A DNA stretch of 54,737 bases, counting the filler, from Jimgerdemannia flammicorona (Eukaryota): assembly GCA_003990765.1 (NCBI GenBank). It is 2 parts of 2 records of this genome, joined end to end, with 100 filler letters (N's around TTAATTAATTAA, not from the genome) between each part and the next. Parts side by side here need not be neighbours in the genome. Positions count along the whole stretch, not along the records: positions 27,421 to 54,737 come from RBNJ01000641.1; 1 more part is not named here. One strand, given 5' to 3'. The notes under the pieces were generated by a model. The model was given only the letters and a program-made list of their open reading frames with translations, was not told where the DNA came from and made no database searches. This document shows, piece after piece, positions 37,573 to 47,425 of this stretch. Both the position numbers and the translations under genes were made by a program. Within the stretch, counting starts at the first letter, position 1. The number at the start of each line of letters is the position of its first letter.

Positions 37573-39959
37573 CAGTCAGACCTTCATAAATATATCTCCC
37601 TAGAGACTGGCCTGGATCATACATTTGTATTTATAGAATCAGGGGTCTTTTTGATAGAAAATCAATACAGTTGATATTTATTGTTTGAAATATTGATCTA
37701 AGATAATTTTGATATATTATTCCAACCTATTTATCCTTAACAAACTTTTCAATTATCTCTGTGAACTTTACATACTCAGTAACATTCTCTTACTATAGTA
37801 GAAAGATATATACAATATTGAAGCTCCTTATTACTATACTTAAGGTAACTATAGCAATTTCACTACTATCATCTACCTCATCTTAATGCTCAGTACTTTT
37901 CTTATCTATTCTCTTGAACATCTTAATGAGATCCTTAATAATATAATCATTCTTTATAACTTCATTTACTATATCTTCTTCTGGGATATGAAGGCACTCA
38001 TTTACTTATATAGGATTAGAGAATCTTAGAGCTTTGAGTGCCCTAGTGAGAATATTGAGAACTGGGTCATTGTTTTGATGAATATTATACATGAGGTTGT
38101 GGAGATCAGCATTTGTAGTTACAGGTAGAATATTGGTATGATGTCAATAGTTGCAGATAGTATCTATTGAAACTTCATTCTATACTTAAATAATATATTA
38201 TATTGCTTGAAGAATATCCATCTTCAGATCCTATATATTCAGGCCAGACTCAACTTACTTCAGAATCTATCTAAAAAAAAATCTAGAGATCAGATCATAT
38301 AGAGTTTATACTGTAGATAATATTTATAATATATCATATATAAAAGTAATAATAATGCATCTTAAAAGATATGATAATTTCTGTATCTATTGGCTGGATT
38401 TTCAAAGTAGTATTCAGAAAGAGAAAATAAATATCAATATACTACAGAATCTGATCATTCAGCTTATAACTTGAATAATTGTCAAGAAGTAGTAGAATAT
38501 GCTATCTATTATACTTCCTATCAATCTAGTAATCAAACTCTTGAAACCATTCTTGGAAGAGAACTATGAGTATCTAAGCTGACATTGTGATGATATATCA
38601 TCAAGAGTTGCAAATATTAATATTTCTAAAGTAGTGAGGCTTTTTATATGTATTTGCCAATAATCAATAGATCCAACTTATATAAGCCATCAGCATTTGC
38701 ATAAAGTACAATAGAAAGACACTTTTTGTTTTTCTTATATCTACTAAGTCATTATGATGCCGGACTCCTATCTGGCTCCTATATAGAAAGAATTATACAA
38801 GAAGTAAAAGTAATAAAATGAGGAAGATAAAATATAATAAAGATATATACCAATAAAAGAGATCTGTTTTATCTATATTATATATAAATTCTCTTTAAAG
38901 AATAACTTATATATTTGTCATACATCAAAGACAGAGTATTAATAATAGTTATCTAATTAGTAGATGTAGTCTTTTCTTCAAGCTTTTGCTGATAGATACC
39001 ATTGTGCTTTTTGAATTTCTAAAGCCAGCTATATAAGAATTGAAGTTTGTCTTGAGGAATCTTCAGTCTATTAGTAAGTAACTTTGCCTTCTCTATGAGT
39101 ATAGCATTACTCAAGATTGTTCAATACTGAAAGTTTAGTATAAACTCACTGAATACAAGCTTGAACTTTAGAAAGTTGATAGATTTGTATTATTTTGCTT
39201 AAGGATTAGCAACTTCACTAGTAAGTTATATATATATATTTAGTCTAGAGGATTTATATTAATATAGATTTGTCAACTTTGACTCTACTTCTCTTCAATC
39301 CAATTGATATATTTATCTTATATTTTCTTGTTATCATGAGCATAGATAGAAAATTTATATTTCTGAGAGTTTGTAAGAGTGATCTTATATTTAAGAGATA
39401 TGTTGATGATGATTTGAAATAAATTCTCTTTCCTTACTATTTATTGTTATCATTAGTAGGATATAATTATATAAAATGTACTGCCTGTATAGCCAGTACT
39501 ATTCAGTATCATCCAGCACTATCCAGCACTACCAAGTACTACCCAGTACTGCTCAGTACTGCCCAGCACCACTCAGTACTACTCAGTACTACCCAGTACT
39601 ACCCAGTATTGCCCAGCACTACCCAGTACTGCCCAGCATTACTCAGTACTGCCCAGCACTTCTCAGTACTACTTTTTTATATAGCTCTATGGACAGCTAT
39701 CTATATAGCTAAAATTGTGATATAATTAAAAGCACTCTATATATCTAATATTACTAACTCATTATCTACCTTTATTATCTAGGTGACATTTTTACATTTA
39801 GAGAGAGAGTTTTATAATAAGTAGACTAGAAAAATCCTTGCACATATAGAATAAGAAGAATGTATATTTAACACTAGGTCCTGAGCTTGAGACTAAGCCT
39901 AAACATATATTTAAGAAGTATATATATTTATAGAGAGTGTATTTATAGAGGTCTGACTA
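37573..39959 (-). mobile_element. Complete but decayed pogo/Tigger (CENP-B HTH + DDE_1) DNA transposon with TIRs and TA target duplication
   Basis: TA|CAGTCAGACCTTCATAAAT (37573) and its inverted copy ending at 39959|TA. Minus-strand relic transposase ~39400-37650: SWL*KFKKHNGI, NRDKTDLFY (~NMDETGLFY), NADGLYKLDLLIIGKY, LLLLDNYSSY, FLNTTLKIQPIDTEII. Confidence 0.9.
39490..39672. repeat. 10-bp tandem repeat (cccagtactg/ctcagtacta), ~18 units, upstream of the pogo transposase
   Basis: Seen directly. Confidence 0.9.
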
Positions 39960-40139
39960 TAAGTAAAAAATAGACTTATTGTAGAATTTAGAGATAAATA
40001 TAGCAATAACAATGAGACTTGGAAATTAATAAAGAAAATAATTAATAAATATAAGATAAGCTGGAAATTTATTATAATAGAGTAGTAGGTTGGAGACTAA
40101 AATAGTTAAGATTGAGAAATATAATACTACTTAAGCTTG

Positions 40140-41390
40140 AATCAGAGATGAGATCAGATTGAGATAGATGAGAATAATGAATACATATATGCTACTTTAG
40201 CTTAATATACCACATTAGCTTGATATACTACTTCAGCTTGAATTACTAATTAGATCAGATCAAAGTAGATAAGAATAATAGATATATATTACTTTAGCCT
40301 AATATATCACTTCAGCTTAAATCATAGATAAGGTCAGATCAGAGTAAATGATAAATATATATTACTTTAGCCTGATATACCATTTAAGCTTAAATTGCAG
40401 TTGAGATCAGATTGGGATAAATGATGAATATATACTACTTTAGCTTAAAATTAGATAATTGATAGATATATACTACTTGAATTGCAGATGAGATTGGGTC
40501 AGGATGAATGATAGATATATATTACTTTAGCTTAAATTACAGATGAAATTAGGTTGAGATGAATAATAAATATATATTACTTTAGCTTAAGATTAGATAA
40601 ATAATAGATATATACTACTTCAGCTTAAGATTAGGTAAACAATAGATACAGATAAGATCAGATCAGGATAAATGATAGATATATACTACTTTAGCTTAAG
40701 ATTGGATAAATAATAGATATATATCACTTTAGCTTGAAATTAGATAAATACTACTTTAGTTTAAGATTAGATAAATAATAGACATATACTACTCTAGCTT
40801 GAGATTAGGTAAATAATAAACATAGGCTGCTTCAGTTTGAGATTAGATAAATGATAAATATATATCACTTTAGCCTGATATATTACTTTAGCTTAAATCA
40901 GATGAATGATGAATATATACTATATTAGCTTGAGATTAGATAAATAATAGACATATATCACTTTAGCTAAAAATTAGATAAATAATAAATATATACTACT
41001 TCTGCTTGAGATTAGGTAAATAATAAATATATACTACTTTAGCTTAAAATTGAATGAATAATAAACTATGTTACTTTAGCTTAAAGTATAGATGAGATCA
41101 TATAAATAATACTTTAGTCTAATATTCTACTTTAGCTTAAATTACAGATAAGATCAGATCAGGGTAAATGTATGCTACTTTAGCTTAAGATTAGATAAAC
41201 AAAAGACATATATACTATATTAGCTTAAAATTAGATAAAAAATAAATATATGTTACTTTAGCTTGAGATTGGATAAATGATAAATATTTATTACTTCAGC
41301 TTGAATTGCAGATATGTAAGATTGGGTCAGAGTGAACAATAAATATATAATTAAATAAATAATAGATAGATACTACTTGAGCTATGAGAT
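40140..41390. repeat. ~38-40-bp minisatellite, long array with 20-bp and gagatcagat sub-units
   Basis: Roughly 30 recurrences of tactactttagcttaa/gagatt. Confidence 0.9.
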
Positions 41391-41736
41391 TAAATTGAAA
41401 CCAGAATATACTTTATTACTATAATTATTTTTTTAAACTAAACTAATCAACTAACTATATATTTTATTATATAAATTATATAAAGAATATATTACTCATA
41501 AAAGAAGATTTTATTTATCTATATACTAATTATAAATTTATCATTAATCAAAAAGCAAGTTACTGACAACTGATCTCAAAAATTGAATATAGATAGATAT
41601 TCAATAATAATATATATATATTTAAAAATATATTTAACAATTTCAATTTATTATTTTTAAATTTATTTTGAATTAAAAACATATATATACTATATTATTG
41701 ATTTTATAGTACAAAAGCTACTTAAAAAAGAGTAGG

Positions 41737-42008
41737 CTATCCCTTAGATGGTATATGGGAACATCTTTTAAGCAGTGATTTTTTAATTGAGAAAATCTGA
41801 TTTTTTCAAGTTTGCATTTTCTGTTAGAAATATAACTCAATTCATCTAAATTCAAAATTTTATTTTTATATAAAATTTTACCCAAAGGTAAAAAAATATA
41901 TAAAAAATCAATAATTTAAATATTTTTGAAAAGTTGTTATTATTTTCAGACTTATGAATTTTCAAAAATTTGCAGCCATATTTGGCTGCATTACCATCTA
42001 AGGGATAG
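41737..42008. mobile_element. 272-bp MITE with perfect 17-bp TIRs
   Basis: CTATCCCTTAGATGGTA (41737-41753) and TACCATCTAAGGGATAG (41992-42008); AT-rich non-coding interior; TSD ambiguous. Confidence 0.75.
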
Positions 42009-42151
42009 TTGGATCTGATTTTTTTTAGATAATAAAGATATATAAGATTACAGAATAAGAGATATTTGATAGATAAAATATAGTATATTCTGATATAATT
42101 CTTGCAGAAGCTACTTCAGAGAAATTTAGAAAAGCTATTAAATTTGACTAT

Positions 42152-43577
42152 TGTAATATACCTGGCTCAATGGAGGCAAATTATAAGATTGGAGATTGGT
42201 GTAGTTTGGCTTGAGCTCTCAGTTACTTTGTCAAAAAGTAATAAAATATTCTAAGATTCCTGAGGTTCTTGGTGTTTAGTGGTATAATAGTCAATCTGGA
42301 TATAATGGTCAATTTAATCAGATTTCCTTATTGGGATGGTTCTCTGGGTATAGCAGTGATTTGTATGTGAATGGGTTTTCTTCTTAGGTCAACTGGAAAT
42401 TGATAGAATTTCATATATAGTGTACTGATCTCTGTATATAACAGTCTGGCAATTTAACAGTTCTCCTTCTTGAGTGATAGGTGATCTCTATATAGTACAA
42501 TGATCTCTATGTAGCATGACAGGTTCCTTATGTATGACAGTCTGACAATTTAGCAGTTTTCCTTCTTGAGTGATGATCTCTAAAAGTATGCAATTTCAGA
42601 TGAATGGCTTGATTTGGTACAGCTTCTCTGAAGTAGTGGCTTACTGGGAATTATATTGATAGCAGATTCTTCTGTTCCGAGCTCACTGGAAACAATAACT
42701 TGAGTGTTACAGATTCTTCTTAACCAGCAGCTCTCTCTGGAAAATAACTCAGATGGTATGGATTCTTTTGAATTGAGCTCTTCTGGGAATAATAACTTGG
42801 GTTCTTGGTAAGTTACATCAAAGACTGGCTTCATTTGCATGAAAAAATCACTGCAAAGTTGTATCAAGAGACTGGCTTATGGCAAGGACTCTCTGGAAAT
42901 GTGGTTTTCTCTTCAAAAGATAGTAAATAACTCAAAAGGTGGCAAAGTTCTTCCTTGAACTTAGCAGCAAACTCAGATTCTTTAGGCTTATCTGGCAAAT
43001 GAACCAAGGCTTTGTATCAGAAAGTGGACCAGAGTGGGAAAGGGGCAAAGCTTACAATCTCTTAGTAGTAGCTATAGAGCAGGCATTTCTCCTAAGTATT
43101 ACAATCCTTTCTAGATCAAGTGGCTTTTGGCAGGTATATCTCTCAAAGTATAGTAGACAGACTTGTCTTTTGCTTTGTATTTCAGAACTGAGGTTTATTC
43201 ACTCTTGTCTCTGGGGTATTTTATACAAGTTGGTTGCTATCTGGTTGCTATGTAGCTAACTATAGATTTACTACTTCTGATAATGTTTGAGTGTGTTCTC
43301 TGAGTACAGGTGTATCCACAGGACATGAGTGTGTCTACAGGACATGAGTGTGTCTGCAGGATATGAGTGTGTCTGCCAGATACAGATATGTCCTCAGAAT
43401 ACAGATAAATAACCCTGGTCTGGTATCCTGGTTAATTATAAGTGTGGTGGACATGAGTAACTATGATATACTAGAAGTCACATCATGCTGGAAGTCTATA
43501 TTATCTAGCTAAGTATGCTAATTGTTTGCATCATCTGGCTAAGTTATAATTCAGGTGATATATTTTAGTTTGTTATA
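42152..43577 (-). repeat. 3' LTR of element B
   Basis: Begins TATAACA (decayed TG..) right after the PPT and ends ..GTATATTACA; homologous to 51123-52256. Confidence 0.8.
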
Positions 43578-43592
43578 TCAGCCCCTACTGAA
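43578..43592 (-). other. Polypurine-tract-like sequence of element B
   Basis: CAGTAGGGGCTGA abuts the 3' LTR start. Confidence 0.55.
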
Positions 43593-43616
43593 GGATAGTC
43601 TGTCCCAGACTATTCT

Positions 43617-44132
43617 TCAGTCATCATCCCAATAGGCATAAGCAGCTTCTATATCTATATCTGTTCAATCATCTTTGTTATCTATACTAGGGTCACTCTA
43701 TTCTAAAGGCTCCTCCTCTTTCTTGAGAAATAGAGTCTCAACTTGGTGGATGATACTGAGGTAGGTGGGCAGAGTCATCCTTTGGAGATCATTCAGAGAG
43801 AACTGGGCCTGGATTAGAGCTGAAGAGTTTCATTTGTAGTTTGTATATAATCTTTCTGCAGCAGTAGTATTTCTTCTGTTCAGGCCAGTAGTATTGTAGA
43901 TATAGACCAGATCTGAGAGGGGAAGATTCTGCAATTGTTCTCCAATTGCATAGTAGGCCTACAACTGATGGACCTGAAGTAGTCTCTCAGTCAGAGTGAG
44001 GTTTTCTTAATATACCCAGATTCTTTGGAGATATGTTCTATTGAGCTCTCTGAACTATGGCAGGGGAACTGACAGAACTTGGAGGGAACTAAGGACAAGA
44101 GTCTGGAGGTGGTTGTCAATTCTCTGGTTCAT
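43617..44132 (-). pseudogene. 172-codon accessory ORF3 of gypsy element B (several revertible stops)
   Basis: One frame from ATG 44132 to TGA 43617: MNQRIDNHL..AYYAIGEQL..AAERLYTNY..SLNDLQRMT..WDDD*. Confidence 0.7.
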
Positions 44133-47014
44133 GATGTAGGGAGTGATATATCTTGAGGCAGTTGATAGATACTGATGTCCTCAGGGTTCATCTATCCAAG
44201 CTTCTTAAATAGATGCTGGTTTTTCTGATGTTGTGTACAAGATAAAGTCCTTTCTATTTGAGCTCCAATTTAGCAGCAAAGTTTGTTTCAATCATGTTTC
44301 TCCAAACTAGTACTTGATCTCCAATCTTGATCTTCTGATCCTTCTGTTTCTGGTCATAGTACTTCTTTTGTCTTTTTTGGGCTTTGGTAATCTGAACTTG
44401 GGCCTAATTATATAACTGTTCTGCCTTCTTAAGGAGATCTCTGAGATTCTTATAGTTAGCAGTTCTGGTTTTCTTGGCAAACATTATTTCGAATAACTTT
44501 TGATTGGTGGAGGTAGCAGGGGTGTTCTGAATTTCCCATAGGATCTCAGGTAAGCAGAGGTCCCAATTGATAGAATTGACTCAAGCAAGTCCTTTTTTAA
44601 TGGTCTGGTTTATTCTTTCTGTCATGCTATTGGTCTAAGAGTGATATGATGTAGTCCATTTGAGGTGAATCTTGTGAATTTGGATATAACTTGTGATTAT
44701 ATTATTGATGAATTCTGTGCCTTAGTCAGAGATAAGTTCTTCTGGAGGTTCATATCTGAGTGTGAGTTCATAGAGGAGGCCTACAATGGTTAAGGCATCT
44801 GTGATTTCCATAGAGAAATCCTCAGGCCATTTGGTCAGATGTTCCATAAATATAAGAATGTACTTATTTCTTCTTTGTATAACTAGTAGAGGTTCAATCA
44901 CATCTACTCTCCATCTCTGAAAGATATTTTCTGCTGGTGTGATTGGTTGTAGTAGTGCTTAGTAATTCTTTCTTTCTTAGTACTTCTGACAGATGTCATA
45001 TTTCTTGAGTATGTCCCAGACTTGTGTTCTGAGGTTGGGCCAATGTTGGTGTATTGTTTGCAGCTTCTCTTCTATATTTGCTTGTCCTTGGTGGGCTTTC
45101 TGATGTTCCTTTCAAATGAGATCTTCTTATACTTTGATGGTCTGAGGAGCTTCCTTTAGAGTATAGTTCCTTGGGACACCCTTCTTCTGATTTATTAGGG
45201 CTGGTGGGAAAGTACATAAATATTGTTGTGAGCTTTCTCTGCTTTGTAGATAATGGTGATTTTGTAATCCTGAAGGATAAGGATCTAGTAAACTAGGATT
45301 CCAGTGAGTTCCTTGTGGTTGAATAGCTATTTGAGGGCTATATGGTCTGTGATCAGGGTGAACCTTTTTCCAATGAGATAATGCTTGAACAGGGTAACCA
45401 TCCATATGACTGCAAGGCATTCCAATTTGGTGCTGCCATAATTTATCTGCTGCTGATTGGTAGCCCAGCTTGCATAAGTTATCATATAGTATTGTTGATC
45501 AGATCCTTCTTAGGCTAGAACTACTTCCAGGTCATCTTTGGAAGCATCTGTGTATAATATGAATGGCTTCTATAGATTGGGGTGGATGAGGATTGGTGCT
45601 GTGGTCATACAGTTCTTGAGTTCTTTGAAGACTTTTTCTTGTTACTCTGTCTATTTGTAAGGTACTTCTTTCTTGAGAAGAATTTGGATTGGGGCAGCAA
45701 TTTGGGTGAAGTCTTTAATAAACCTTCTGTAGTATGATACTAGTATCAGGAATAATAGTATTTCCTTTGGGGTCTTGGGTACTGGCCAATTGTTAATCTT
45801 CTTGGTTTTCTTTGGATCTGCATGGGTTCCTTCTTTTGAAACTAGAAATCTAAGGAATTTGAGTTTCTGTTTCCCAAAGTAGTATTTCTTGGCATTGAGT
45901 CTCAGATGGTTCTTGTAGGTGAGCTTGAAGAATTCTTCTAGGTGGTGTAGATGTTCTTTGAAATTTGCTGAATAGATGTTGGAATCATCCATATATACAA
46001 TTAAGCAGTGGTAGATCAGGGGAGTATAAACTGAATTCATCATCCTCTGGAAGATGGGGGGTATCTTGCAAAGTCCAAAGGGCATTTGGAGGTATTCAAA
46101 CAGTTTTTCTAAAGCAAGGAAGGCTGTCTTTTGAATGTCCTTGAGGTCTATGGGGATCTCATGGAATTCTGCAAAAAGGTCTATACTGCTGAAATATCTG
46201 GTATCCTGTAACTGATCCAAAAGGTCATTGATTCTGGACAAAGAATAGGCATTCTTTTAAGTGACTGAATTGAGTTTCCTGTAATCTATGCAGAGTCTCC
46301 ATCTTCTTTTCTTTGGTACAATAAGTATAGGACTGGCCCAGGGGCTGGTAGAGGGTCAGATGACTACATTGTCTAAGAGTTCTTGAATGTACTCCTTTTT
46401 GAATGTTTTTAAGTGGTGGGATATTCTATAGGGTTTCTGTCAGATGGGTGTTGCATTTTCTGTATTTATGCTGTGGTGATATGATGGATTATATGGCAGG
46501 TTGCCATAATCAGTAGTGAAGATATCTTGATATTTGTTGAGGAGTTCTACTAGTTGTTGTCATTGCTGGGGTATCAATTCTTCTCCAATGTTAGTGGAAG
46601 GCTTCACTGTCTCCTGGGTCGCAGAGGGGCCTTTCCTTTCTTCTGAGACCTTTTGCTGTTTCCCAATAAGTTTAGTTCATAAACTTCTCTATGAGTTCAG
46701 TTGAGAAAAGGCACCAGATGCCCTATGATGGTTCCTTTTGGCAAGATGATGGTTTCCCAACTTTGGTTGGTTGTTTGGGAGTGTACTGGATTTATCTTGT
46801 TGTGAAATATATGTCCTTCTATATCCAGGTGTGAGATATCTTCATTGGGTTTGAAGAAAAGGTTTCTGGGGTCAGGTGGTGCAAAGATTTCGAAGGTAGT
46901 TTGTTCTCCAGGCTCCAGGATGAGATTCTTGTGCAGTTTGACTGGTTGGTGGTACACTTGCTGGGAAATATTCCTCTTGAGGTAGTTGACTTAAAGGAGA
47001 TGTACTTTCTTCTT

Positions 47015-47425
47015 ATCTGAACTTCCAAATCCTTTGGCTTGTCTTGTTCCTTCAGTTAGTTCAGAGACTTCTTGTAGTTGTGGGGTCTTGACCTTCATGA
47101 AGACTGCTTAGGCAATCTTCTGTCCTCTAATGATTTGGTGCCATTCTATGCTACTGTTGTATAGAATAACCTTAATTTCGCCTGTACATATATCCTGGGT
47201 CAATAGTTCCTCCTTCTACAGTTATTCCTTGTCTGGTAAGTCCAGATCTTGAGGTCAGTTAGATATATACTCCTTGGGGTGGCTGAATTGCTATTCTGGT
47301 TCTGATCATGAATATTTTTCCAGGCTTAATGGATTTATCCTCTAGACTGTGAAAATTATATCCTATATCTTCTGGGTGAGCTTTGGTCAGGGGTTTGGCC
47401 TTTGGATGTAGCAGGACATACTGGG
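47015..47425 (-). pseudogene. dut: Retroelement-encoded dUTPase (all five motifs; 2 stops and 1 frameshift)
   Basis: KAHPEDIGYNF (motif I), TSRSGL (II), GGTIDPGY/TGEIKVILYN (III), RGQKIA*AV (IV), TRQAKGFGSS (V). Confidence 0.9.

Noticed and set aside
39444..39725. ORFs with YYPVLPST repeats
   Set aside because: Products of the 10-bp tandem array inside the pogo element.
47015..47425. dUTPase as a host or horizontally acquired stand-alone gene
   Set aside because: Embedded in the pol region between two LTRs, so it is element cargo.
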